64,000 nt of DNA from Spirochaetia bacterium (GTDB lineage: Bacteria > Spirochaetota > Spirochaetia > SZUA-6 > Bin103), in NCBI GenBank assembly GCA_965208575.1, contig CBDBOV010000002.1:448001-512000 (forward strand), in the 5' to 3' direction. The stretch's first letter is position 1; each line of letters starts with the position of its first letter. The notes beneath the pieces are model-generated. The model did not search any database and was not told where the DNA came from. It was given only the letters and a program-made list of their open reading frames with translations. Of the stretch, positions 40,259 to 50,677 are shown piece after piece. The position numbers and the translations under genes were made by a program.

Positions 40259-41803
40259 TCAGTGCAACTTTATCCGCGACCGTAAGCCGGGTGGCGGAGT
40301 CCCGGTGCCGTCCCTGCAGTGCCTCGGCGAGGCGATTGCGGACCGCTGCCAGCCGGCTGCGTACCCGCCTGATGCTCTTTTCCAGGGCCCGGCGCACCGG
40401 TTCACGACCCGTGCGTCGGGCTCCGGCGGCGCAAGGTCATGGCTCGGCAGCGCGTCAAGGTTGAACTGCTCGCGCAGGTACTTGAAGAAGTTCTCCTGCG
40501 ACCAGCGCGAGAACATGGCGCCGGCGACCTGCGCCAACGGCATCTGCGGGTGCGTGGTGATCACCGCCACCTGACGACCGTTGGCCAGACGCCGCCGGAT
40601 CTGGCGCACCACCAGCCCGTTGCGCAGCATGATCGGCTGCTCGGCCAGATCAACCGCAGTCGTGCTGGTGCCGGCGGGACCATGGATCGGTACCTCGAAG
40701 GTGTGGAAGTCTTCCGGCAGCCAGTCCGCGCCGTTGAAGTTCTTGTGCCAGGTGATGCAGGCGATGCCACGCCGGGCCAGGCGCTTGAACAGGTCCGGGC
40801 TCCAGCCCTCGCGGTCGAACACCAGGGTCAGCTGCGGGGTACCGGCCGGTGCTCCGGTCAGGTCGGGGGCCGCTTCGGTCACCACCCCCAGGTGCTGCAA
40901 CTGCGGCACCACGTCGTGCTTGATCGCATTCACCGGCTTCGGGTCCAGCGCCTTGTGCAGGCACAGCAGCGGTGCGCCGCCGAGGGCGTTGATCCAGTAG
41001 CTCACCGACGCCGGCAGACACAGCTTCTGGCGTGCGACGAAGTGTTTCGGCAACCGCCCGTTGCGCCCGGTGTACACCTTCACGTGGCCATCCACGGCCA
41101 GCGTCGTCCAGTCGTCGTCGTGCTCGCTGGCCCAGGTACGCGCCAGTACCGATTGCCAATCGCGCACGGTGTGCTCGGCGCTGGCCAGCAGCCTGATCTT
41201 GCGGCGCAGCGTCTTGGTCTCCGGACAGCGGTCGAGGCCGAGGATGGCGCCCCACTCGCCGGGTGCCTGGTAGCGCAGGCTCTCGGGGTTGCGCACCCGG
41301 GCCAGGGTCATGCAGGCGACGAACAGGAGGATGGTGGTCAGGCCGTAGAATCCGGCCGGCAGGCGGAACAGGCGGTTGGCGGCGGTGAGCAGGCCCTCGC
41401 GCAGCAGCATCGCCAGTGCGGCCAGCACGCCGCCGCCAGCGACCGCGTGGGCGGGCTCGACGAACGCTGGTGTGGCCTCGGTCAGCAGGCCGGCTCTGGC
41501 GAGCGTGCGGCGTTCCACGTCGCGCGCCGCGCGGCCCATGGGCGCGTGCTTGTCGCGGGCGTCGCGGCTGGCGCGCTCAGTGGCGACCGCCGGGTCGCTG
41601 ACCGCGGCGGCGGTGCTGACCGGGTGATCAGTGGTGGTGGCCGCCGGCGCAACCTCGGCGCTGGCGGCGGGCTCCCGGGTGGGATCTGTGATGACGCCGG
41701 CGCGGCGGTTCTCGTTGAAGGTGCTCACCGGGATGCCGAGTTCGCGAGCGCAGGCTGAGCCGCTCATCCCGGAAGCGAGCAGCTTGGCTGCCTGGTCCGC
41801 CAT
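40259..41803 (-). pseudogene. Second DDE-type transposase, frameshifted near 40400 and truncated
   Basis: LGLDRCPETKTLRRK, VDGHVKVY, VFDREG, RWSQENFFKY. Confidence 0.75.
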
Positions 41804-42148
41804 CTCGGCGTCGTCCACGGTGGCCTCCACGGCACCGCGCCGGCTGACTCCGGTCGGGCTACGCCCTCCGTCCGTCAGCGGGGTACAGCATCTCCTCCGC
41901 CCCGTTCGATCCCGACGGCTCCGGTGTCGCAACCTCGTCGCCTACCCCGTCCCGGCGGTGGGGAATTGTCATGACCCTGCCCCGGGCAACGCACCTCGGT
42001 GCAGTTGTCCGGGGCGCCTCGCTCCGTGCGCTCCGCAGCAACCTGCGCGCCGCTCGCGGCGTGGGCGGCATCACCCGGCTCGGCAAATGACTTCTGAGCG
42101 TCTCTGACGCCCGTATATCCGTGAGCCAGACGGTCGGCGTCAAGAAAT

Positions 42149-42212
42149 GTCGCCTCAGCCGCGCTGTAAGGCCTCTCCGCGACACGAGGTGGTGTCTGGA
42201 CATCCCCGTGTC
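42149..42212 (+). repeat. 64-bp direct repeat, copy B
   Basis: Matches 40177-40240. Confidence 0.85.
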
Positions 42213-42729
42213 ACCAGCACCGAAGTCGCCTCCAGACCCGTCCGCCCCCTCTTCGGTCAGCGACACGACACGGCACCGACCACCTCCCTGCCGTTGACGC
42301 CTCCTCATCCGCGCCGACCAACCAGATACGCCCCCGGTCGCGTTGGTGTGCTTGAATCAACCCGGCCGGTCGCCCAGCAGCCTATCCACTTATCCACAAT
42401 TTATGAGTCTCCCCCCTCGCGCTCCCCCCTCGTTCTCCGCCTCCCTTTCGGTTAGATTCTTACGTGAGGCACGCTCACCGTAAGGTTAGATTTTTACGTG
42501 AGGCAATAGGGAACGTACGTCGGAGAAACGGCGAGCGCCCGGCCCTCTCAAGCATGCCGCGCGGTGCAGTACGACGCTGAGCCGAGGCCAACGTGTTGCA
42601 TTGCGTGCGGGATCGAGTCGATGCTGGCGGAGGGGTGCAGCGGCAACCGTGAGATTGCAGGTGTCGAGGAGCGGCGGGCTCGGAGCGGGCGCGTCCGCCC
42701 CCGCGGGGAGAGCGACGGGGTCAGCCCGG

Positions 42730-43731
42730 ATGCGGGCCGCGACTCTGGTGGTCGGAGCTGTGCTGCACGTCGCGGCGGTCGCGGTCGCCGAGTCGCCGGC
42801 CCAGGACGCTGCTGCGGCGGCCAACCGGCTGCTGCAAGCGCTCGGTCCGGACCAGGCCCCCGCCGCAGTGCTGCCGCGGGACAGCAGGCTCATCGTCAAC
42901 TGGTCGAACCTGCCGGCGGGCCGGACGGGTTTCGAGCGCAACGGCATTCGCATCGGCGACCTCGGCGTTGGCGCACGCGCCGCGCTGTTCGACTTTCTGG
43001 CGACGGCGCTCAGCGCGGCGGGGGCGGAACTGGTACGGGGGATCATCGCCGCTGAGGACGTGCTGGCGGATTCGCCGCGTGCTTCCGGGCTTGGCTGGCA
43101 CCCCGACAACTACTGGCTGGCGTTCTTCGGCGAGCCGGCGGCGGGCGCTGACTGGAGCTGGCAGTTCGGCGGTCATCACCTCGCGATCAACGTGGCGGTG
43201 ACCGCCGCCGGCGTCATGAGCATGTCGCCGTCGTTCATCGGCATCGAACCGGCGGCGTTCCTGCTGGCCGGCGCCGCCGTGGCGCCGATGCGCGACCACG
43301 CTGCCGGCGGCGCGGCCCTGCTGGGCGCCCTGCCCGGCGACCAGCGCAGCGCGGCGATCGAGGCGGGCCGGCCGCGGGATTTGTACGCGGGCGCCGGCCG
43401 CGACGGCGTGGTCCCGCCGGTAGAGGGCAGCCGTGTGGCCGGCTGGCCGGCGGAACGGCAGCGCCAGCTCCTCGACCTGATCGGCCTGTGGGTGGGGGTC
43501 ATGCCGCCGGCAGCCGCCGAGCACCGGCTCGCGGCGATCGAGGCGGAACTGCCTCAGTTGCGCTTCGCCTGGCATGGACCGGTCGACGGTTCGGGCTCCA
43601 TCTACTACCGCATTCAGGGCCCGACGCTGCTCATCGAGTTCTCGACCCGCGGTTCGCTCGGCGCCGAGGGCGGCCACTACCACTCGATCTACCGCAACCC
43701 CACCAACGAATACGGACGCGGAGATTCGTAG
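42730..43731 (+). CDS. DUF3500 domain secreted protein
   Basis: Signal peptide; WSNLP, FFGEP, WQFGGHHLAIN, YYRIQGPTLLIEF, H.HSIYRNP.NEYG. Confidence 0.88.
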   Translation: MRAATLVVGAVLHVAAVAVAESPAQDAAAAANRLLQALGPDQAPAAVLPRDSRLIVNWSNLPAGRTGFERNGIRIGDLGVGARAALFDFLATALSAAGAELVRGIIAAEDVLADSPRASGLGWHPDNYWLAFFGEPAAGADWSWQFGGHHLAINVAVTAAGVMSMSPSFIGIEPAAFLLAGAAVAPMRDHAAGGAALLGALPGDQRSAAIEAGRPRDLYAGAGRDGVVPPVEGSRVAGWPAERQRQLLDLIGLWVGVMPPAAAEHRLAAIEAELPQLRFAWHGPVDGSGSIYYRIQGPTLLIEFSTRGSLGAEGGHYHSIYRNPTNEYGRGDS

Positions 43732-43882
43732 GGCGGCTGAACCCGTGCCCTCGGACGAACGTACCTGGTCGGCGAGGCGGTCGAGGCCACGGGCGGCTTG
43801 GCAAGCCCGGTGGTCGGTTGTGGTCGGTGCTCGCGGCCATGCCGCCGCGGCTCGATGTGATATGGTTGGAGAGGGATCGGCC

Positions 43883-44272
43883 ATGGGCCACGTATTCGCC
43901 GAACTGGAACTCAGCAATCCGCGGCGTGCCGACTTCGTGCCGGTGCGTGTGAATGCGCTGGTGGACACGGGGGCGCTGATGCTGTGCATCCCGGAGCACG
44001 TCGCCCGCCAGCTCGACCTGCATACCGAATCGGTGCGCGAGGTGTCGGTGGCCGACGGCCGCACGGCGACCGTACCGTACTTGGGCCCGGTGAAGGTCGC
44101 CTTCGGGACGCGGTTCTGCTACGTCGGCGCGCTGGTGATCGGCGGCGAAGTGCTGCTGGGGTCAGTACCCATGGAAGACATGGACCTGGTGGTGAACCCC
44201 GGCCGCCGGCAACTAACGGTCGACCCGGCCAGTCCCAACATCCCCCACGCCCGCGTCAAGCGCTCCGGATGG
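43883..44272 (+). CDS. Clan AA aspartic protease (AF_0612-like); expected stop reads TGG and the frame runs on to 44593
   Basis: ALVDTGA, VLLGSVPMEDMDLVVNP; the paralogous copy has TGA at the equivalent position (54241). Confidence 0.8.
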
Positions 44273-45089
44273 AGCCGTGGAGTTGCCAGAATCGGTAGCA
44301 TGATCGGCAGCGGTGCTGATGCGGCTTGTGGTTCGGTTTCCCTTTTCGACGAACAGATCGGCATCCTGGACTCATGTCGGGGAACCGAGAAGGATGGCAA
44401 CGGACGTAGTATGCTCAGCCCTGCAACGTCCGGCGTACTTTTGCCTCGGTCTCACTATCCAGACGTGCGTTGGCCAGCATGGAAAGAAACCGGTCCCGGT
44501 CGACTTCCGGGGCTATCTTGGGTATGCCCGGGATCTCGATGTGCGTCGATCCGCCTTTCACCGAGAGCTTGTACTCGCCGGGGGCCAAGGTGATACGGGT
44601 ATGAACGCAGTCCCACTGGTGCAGATGAGCGAGCTCCAGCGCGGCGGCCCTCTCCCTCGCGCGCCAGTCAGCATCATCACCAAACAACTCTCGCAAAGGG
44701 ACAGGCATGGCGGGGGCGTCGCCGAGATCGAGCTCCGAGCCGGCTAGCCGATGGGCCAGTTGGGCCATGCGGTGAGATACCGCGGCGGAGAGGTACTGTG
44801 GCCCCCGGAGCCGGAGCGGAAGGTTGAGCCACCCGTCTCGTACACCGAATAGGATTGCCGCTGCCAGCCAATCCATCTCGCCGAGCCGGTCGCTGTAGTA
44901 GTCGAAGAGGTCTCCACAGTCTCGGTACAGGAAGAACAACGTCATGGCATGCGCAAGGGGAGTGTTGTGCCGTGCGAAGAGCTCGCTGGCCGTGGAGTCC
45001 GCGATGCCGCTCAGTGACTCAAGAGCTATCCCACCGGCCCCTGGGCCGGCGCAGTCATGAAAGAAACAAGGGTGAGCTATAGTGTGGGC

Positions 45090-45285
45090 AGAGTTCTGGG
45101 TGGAGCGCGAAAGTAGGCCGGCGCGTCACTGGCGTTACGTTCTGCGAACCCGTTCAAGAGCTTGGCCCCGGGGCGGGTGGCGTAGTCATTGGTGAGGTTG
45201 TCAGCCGGCGCGGCCGGGTGGCGATCATCCCGTTCAGGAGAATACCTGCTACACACGCCTTGGCCGCACCACTCAGTCGTAGCGG
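45090..45285 (+). ncRNA. Candidate IS110 bridge RNA (boundaries approximate; equivalent in copy 1 at about 21919-22114, minus strand)
   Basis: Non-coding left end with CCCGTTCAAGAG (45149-60) and CCCGTTCAGGAG (45229-40) in predicted stem-loops; TATAGT at 45078-83. Confidence 0.6.
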
Positions 45286-45292
45286 AGGTTTC

Positions 45293-46681
45293 ATGGCACG
45301 ACGCAGACACAGACGCAAGGGCAAGGGCAGTCGCACAGCGCAACCAAAGGTGATGCACCCGGACGCTGCCGGCTTGGACATAGGCGCTACCGAGGTGTAC
45401 GCGGCTGTGCGCCCGGAGCGCGACCCGGACCCGATCCGGAACTTTGCTACGTTCACCGCGGACCTGCACGCCTTGGCCGACTGGCTCAAGGAATGCGAGG
45501 TCACCACGGTGGCGATGGAGTCCACCGGTGTGTACTGGATTCCGGTGTATCAGATCCTGGAGGCACACGGCTTCGACGTGGTGCTGGTGAATGCGCGTCA
45601 CGTGCACTCGGTACCCGGTCGGAAGTCCGACGTGGCCGACTGCGAGTGGTTGCGCTACCTGCACTCGGTGGGATTGCTGCGCGGCTCATTCCGCCCTGCC
45701 GACGAGGTGTGTGCACTGCGCTCGGTGCTGCGCCATCGCGACACCTTGATCAAGATGGCGTCGCGCAGCGTGTTGCACATGCAGAAGGCGTACAGCCAGA
45801 TGAACGTGCATCTGCACCATGCCATCTCTGACCTGACGGGGACGACCGGTCTGGCCATTACGGACGCTATCCTGGCGGGTGAGCGGGATCCGGCGCGGTT
45901 GGCCGCTCTGGCCGACCGGCGGATCAAAGCCAGCCGCGAGACCTTGATCAAGGCGCTGCAGGGCGACTGGCGCGCCGAGCACCTGTTGGCGTTGCGGCAC
46001 GCGCGAGCGACCTATGCCCACTACCAACAACTCATCACGGAGTGCGATCAGGAAATCGAAGCCGGCATCCGCGCGTTCGAAGCCAGCAGCGAGCCACCCG
46101 GCGCGGTGGGCGACGACCCACCGGATGAGGGAATCGATGCGGAGCCCGAGGCGCCAACCGAGTCACCGGCCAAGCGGTTCGACCTGCGCGGCCACCTTAC
46201 GCACCTGTTCGGCACTGACCTGACGCTGATTCCCGGCATCGGCGAAAGTACGGCGCTGGTTCTGTTCACCGAACTCGGCCCGGAACTGTCCCGCTTTCCG
46301 ACCGCACCGCAATTCGCCTCCTGGCTGCACCTGTGCCCCCACAACCAGATCACCGGCGGCAAGATCATCAGCTCGCACACCGGTCGGGGCACCAATCGGG
46401 CCGCCCAGGCGCTGCACTGGGCGACCCAGTCGTTGTACCGCAGCCCATCGGCCCTGGGCCAGCACTTCCGCCGCATGCGGGCGCGTCTGGGTACTCCCGA
46501 AGCGACCACTGCAGTCGCGCATAAACTGGCTCGGATCATCTACCATCTGATCACGCATCGCGTGGCCTACGATGACAGCATCCTCGCCGCCGAGGAGCGC
46601 CAGGACCGGCGCCGCTTTGAACGCCGGCTCCGAAGGCAGGCACACGCACTCGGTTATGAGCTTGTCCCGGAGGCCGCCTGA
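45293..46681 (+). CDS. IS110 DEDD transposase/recombinase
   Basis: Translation identical to copy 1. Confidence 0.93.
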   Translation: MARRRHRRKGKGSRTAQPKVMHPDAAGLDIGATEVYAAVRPERDPDPIRNFATFTADLHALADWLKECEVTTVAMESTGVYWIPVYQILEAHGFDVVLVNARHVHSVPGRKSDVADCEWLRYLHSVGLLRGSFRPADEVCALRSVLRHRDTLIKMASRSVLHMQKAYSQMNVHLHHAISDLTGTTGLAITDAILAGERDPARLAALADRRIKASRETLIKALQGDWRAEHLLALRHARATYAHYQQLITECDQEIEAGIRAFEASSEPPGAVGDDPPDEGIDAEPEAPTESPAKRFDLRGHLTHLFGTDLTLIPGIGESTALVLFTELGPELSRFPTAPQFASWLHLCPHNQITGGKIISSHTGRGTNRAAQALHWATQSLYRSPSALGQHFRRMRARLGTPEATTAVAHKLARIIYHLITHRVAYDDSILAAEERQDRRRFERRLRRQAHALGYELVPEAA

Positions 46682-47674
46682 TTGTTGTTTCTCAGGAGTG
46701 TCCTGCAGCTTCCTGACGCCCGCCTGCACCCGCGGGTCCAGGGTCGCCGAGGTCTCAGCCAAGTAGTCGAGCAGCACAGTCTCGGGGTTCTTGGCGTTGC
46801 CCGCCTCGCGCCACTTCGCAAGCCGCTCTACGGCTCCCCAGAAGAGGGCTCCCTGATAGGCGTTCTGCAAACTCGTCCGGTCCGTCTCGGGGTCGCGAGA
46901 AGCCAGAAGCGTCGCGGTTCCTTCCCGCATCCAGGGTTCAAGCCCGGCGAGTATCGCGCCGTCATCCGCCGGCACCGGGGAGACGCCCGGCTCGAATGCA
47001 GTCCGGCACGCTCGAACCGCCTGGTCGCCGAGGTTGCCGAAGAGAAACAGCATCGCCGTGACAGCGCCCGCGGCGAGCGGGCGTTCAAGTGGTACGCTCC
47101 GTTCGCGGGGACCATTCTCGGGCGGCCACTCCGTATCACCACCCCTGGCGAACAGCGCCTTCTTCGTCGCGTCCCTCCTGAAGTCCCCCAGAGGAACGTT
47201 GCCGAAGTCCTTCGCGCTCCTCTCGCACACCAGCCTGTCGTCGCGTGACTGGAAAAGAATCGACTCGATCCGGGACGTGGGGAGCGGCGCGGGTACCAGG
47301 AACACCCACTCGGTCCCGTCGACCTCGTGCGGAAACTGGATCTCCCTCAGGCCACCTTGCCCCACAGCAGCTACTCTGCCCGACAACCCGGTGAGGCCGA
47401 TTCGCACAATGACCGGCATGAGGTGTCCCTCCTGCGTGGCCGACTCGACCGCTGTTGCAGGCGCTTGGTCGACGAACAGGGGTATCCAGCCTGGAAAGCA
47501 CTCCAGCGAGTCGCGATAGTACTTCTCGCCAAACCCGGAGGGCGGCATCACCAGACCGGCCGCGAGCATGTACATCAGGTTGAGGTGATTGGTCACCAGG
47601 AGCGCCGATTTGGGCGCTGGAACTTCCTCCTTGGCATCGGACTTGATCAACATCAACTGGTCAGAGTCGGCCAC

Positions 47675-48839
47675 CTACAGCTCCTTGCGCCGCAGCACTT
47701 CCCGGTCGGTGGGCAGAATACTCTCGATGTCACTGCTACGGCCCCGCTTCATGAACATGAACACCCGGTCCCTGGCCCGGGCGATCATCACGTAGAACAG
47801 ACGCCGAGTAACATCGGGATCGTTCCGTCGAAAGTAGTGTTCGTCGATGTCCGCAAGCACTACCGTGTCGAACTCAAGACCCTTGCACGCCTGCGCGTTG
47901 ATCACCAGGATGCCGCCTTCGTCAAAGCGCACCTGGGGACGTTCATCGCCCCAGAACGTGATGATTTTCGGGGGCGCGTTGTCGAGCTGAACGTCTACTG
48001 ACCGAAGCTGCTGCACGTAACGTCGTCTCACTGTGTTCTTTGGCGTGATGATCCCTACGAGCTGGCGCGGGTTTCGGTCGGCAAAACGCACGACAGCGCG
48101 TGCAACCTTGTTCAATCCCCGTTCGTCGTATCGGTAGAGAAGCGGAGTGGGGCCCCGATCGACCGGGGGAATCTCCGGTGGCGGGCTCGCCGGATCGCCG
48201 GTGTAGAACTCTCGCGCCAACCGTGCCACGTGGTAGCGATTGCGATAGTTCCGCTTGAGTTCGACCACCGCGTCCGTATCGATGGCCAAACAGTCCTGGA
48301 TATCCTTCCGACTGCTGTTTTTTTTCGGTAATCTGCTGATTCTGGTCGGCGACGACGAAGAAACGGTCGAAACCAAGTCCCACCAGTGAGTCATAGAACT
48401 GCCGCGGCATGTCCTGTCCTTCGTCAATCACGAGAAACGGACGCTCGCCGTCATCATTCTTGGGCAAGTCCTGGACGATCTGTTCGACACCGCACCACTC
48501 GATCGCCCGGTAGCCGTTGTCGTTCGCATCCTCCAGGGGAGCGGGTCGACCCGTGACCTCCTTGAAGACCTCCCGGAACCAGGCATCCCATGTCCTGCCC
48601 TCGAGCCGGCCGCCGAACAACTGGCCGCTCGCGCGGTCGAGGAGATGATTGAAGACGAGGAACACGTAGCGGTCCCGATCTCTTTGGTGGCGCCTTGCGC
48701 GGAGCAGAGCGAGCACGGTTTTGCCCGTTCCGGGGCCACCGATGACCAGGTGCTGCCCGGCGCTCGGTAGGGCGCGTACTCTCTCCTGCTCCTTGCTCAA
48801 ATCCTGGATACGTGGCAGCACGAATCTGCGATTGGCCAT
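47675..48839 (-). pseudogene. SF1 (UvrD-like) helicase/ATPase with +1 frameshift in an A8 tract
   Basis: GGPGTGKT, VIDEGQD, ADQNQQI / NYRN, KGLEFDTV, FYVMIARAR; T8 at 48318-48325 on the + strand. Confidence 0.85.
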
Positions 48840-50677
48840 CAGACGGTCGACTCCGCGTGGTCAGTAAGGGGAGCGATATCGGGCGCGGCGCCGGTGACGA
48901 ATGCGCGGTCGAGGAGAACGTTACCGATAGGACAGCTTGGTTCCGGTACGAGCGCACAAGCGTGGCATGCTGCGCGATTAAGCAGATCCGGCCCATGCCC
49001 TTCCTGTTCCGCGCATACTGGGTCCATCGAACACCAGCTCGCTGCCTCGAATGCTGCGGTCAGCAGGCGAAGGAATTTTAAGGGCTTTGCCATCTCCATC
49101 AGGCCGCCCAGCGATCCCTCCTGGTCGGCGACGGCCACGTAGATCAGAATCCCCGCCATCGGCGCCTTGCCGGTGCGGCTGTAGACGCGTTCTTTCAATG
49201 CGGCGGCCGGATATCCTGCTTCCGCGTCGAGCCGGCGAATGATCAGGTGGGCGAGTGTGTGGCACAGCAGGAAGCGCGGCGACACCTCGACGTGGCCTTC
49301 CGGCGTTGCCTGACCATTGCGGTGGTCGTACCGCTGAGCAAAGGCGTCTGCTCGTCGTTGGAGCGCTTTGCCGGCCTCCCAACGCTGCAGCATCGCCTCG
49401 TCGAGGGTAAAGAAAATCCCCTCTCCATACAGCTCCAGGGCGGGAAGCCAGTCGCTCTCTCCAGTCAGGTCCGGCGGCGTCACGCTCCCGCCCACACGCT
49501 GGAACCCCTTGAGCACCAGGACTTCCTTCAGCCTGTTGATGGCGATGAGCCGCGAGACCGTGCTCGCGACACGTCGCGCGCCGCCTGGAGCGACCTCATT
49601 GCGTAGAGCCTTCCACCCGTCAGTGTGGTGCTCAGTGACGAAGTCCTCGTCTTCCCTCAGGTCGGGGATTCTCTCGGCCAGCGCCCGGTATTCATCCGCC
49701 ATCAGATCCCCGTCCGTAATTGTCTGGTCGTAGAGCGGGTAGCCACCGTCGATCTTCGCAAGCGCGGCCTCGATCTGCTCGGGAGCGCAGCGATACTCGG
49801 TGGCGAGCTGTCTGACCGCGGCCTTCCGTGCCAGGCTGTTCCGAGCGTTCCGAACCCGGTCCTGATTTCGGGCGCTGCCGTACAAGTGGTCGAGGACCGT
49901 GCCGCGCCGGATTCTCGACTCCGGCGGAATGACGAGCGCAGTGCGGGTCATCGGGTAGTGGACCCGCACATTGTTGATATCCATCACCCAAGCCAGCTCC
50001 GCAGATGACTGCGCCGGCCGTTCGCGAAACCAGGGCTGCCGCCACGCGCCGGACGGGAATGCGGTTCGGGGCAGCGAGCCCGACCTCAGGCTGGCGCTCG
50101 ACCTGCAACGCTCGCAGATGATCCGGCGGCCGGCCGGTGTGTCGCTCAGTCGTAGGTAGGGTTCGGTCCAATCAGGGGGACACTGGCGCCGCGCCGGGTC
50201 GCGAGAATCAGCGTGGGCCAAGTCGTGCCAGGGCACGTCTGCCAGATAGCCCTCTTCGTGAACGAGAACCCAGGGCACCTGCTCCAGTCGCCCGCTGCAC
50301 GCACTACTTTCTCCTTCGTGTCCCCAACACTCGCGCGCCCCTCTCCGTGCTCGCCACGGCGCCGGGTGCAGCAAGCCGCACTTCAGACAGCGCATCCAGG
50401 TAGGGAACTTCAGGGCCGGAATCCATCCAAGGGTCTTCCCGTCTCGCTCTGTCGCGCGCGGCGGGCTGCAGAGTGCCTGGTGAATACCGAGGGCGCTCCG
50501 TACCCGCTCCACGTAGCGAATCTCCCGATCCATGGGATCGCTCCCCGGACGATCCCAGGTGCTGGTGTCCTGCACCACCATCAGACTGTCCGCGCCGTCG
50601 CGTACGATAGCGCCGACCGAGCACTCGCGTAACAGGTGGGACAGGCGAACGGGTACGTCTACGTCCTTGTCAGTCAT
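48839..50677 (-). CDS. DUF1998 domain protein (DrmB-like)
   Basis: FPTWMRCLKC, HTLAHLII, GYPAAALKERVY, EGSLGGL, CSMDPVC...ACHAC..PEPSC. Confidence 0.9.
   Translation of the reverse strand: MTDKDVDVPVRLSHLLRECSVGAIVRDGADSLMVVQDTSTWDRPGSDPMDREIRYVERVRSALGIHQALCSPPRATERDGKTLGWIPALKFPTWMRCLKCGLLHPAPWRARRGARECWGHEGESSACSGRLEQVPWVLVHEEGYLADVPWHDLAHADSRDPARRQCPPDWTEPYLRLSDTPAGRRIICERCRSSASLRSGSLPRTAFPSGAWRQPWFRERPAQSSAELAWVMDINNVRVHYPMTRTALVIPPESRIRRGTVLDHLYGSARNQDRVRNARNSLARKAAVRQLATEYRCAPEQIEAALAKIDGGYPLYDQTITDGDLMADEYRALAERIPDLREDEDFVTEHHTDGWKALRNEVAPGGARRVASTVSRLIAINRLKEVLVLKGFQRVGGSVTPPDLTGESDWLPALELYGEGIFFTLDEAMLQRWEAGKALQRRADAFAQRYDHRNGQATPEGHVEVSPRFLLCHTLAHLIIRRLDAEAGYPAAALKERVYSRTGKAPMAGILIYVAVADQEGSLGGLMEMAKPLKFLRLLTAAFEAASWCSMDPVCAEQEGHGPDLLNRAACHACALVPEPSCPIGNVLLDRAFVTGAAPDIAPLTDHAESTV

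Larger units (their letters stand above)
38719..42507 (+). mobile_element. ISNCY-type (Rv2807/IS1604-like) DDE element with cargo
   Basis: Two motif copies at the left end (38720-38742, 38754-38776) are inverted relative to two at the right end (42449-42471, 42484-42506). Confidence 0.75.
45023..46698 (+). mobile_element. IS110-family insertion sequence, copy 2
   Basis: Same length and ends as copy 1; interrupts an ORF. Confidence 0.95.
44415..47674 (-). pseudogene. Unknown ~528-aa protein split by IS110 copy 2 (gene 4 of the helicase operon)
   Basis: Removing 45026-46698 restores a 1,587-nt ORF (..KLQDTLESLSGIADST..). Confidence 0.85.

Noticed and set aside
45218-45292. Longer 487-aa transposase start at GTG 45218
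   Set aside because: ATG 45293 has a GGAGG RBS, and the upstream part overlaps the candidate guide RNA
46163-47674. 503-aa ORF as a genuine protein
   Set aside because: Chimera of the gene 4 N-terminus reading into the antisense strand of IS110
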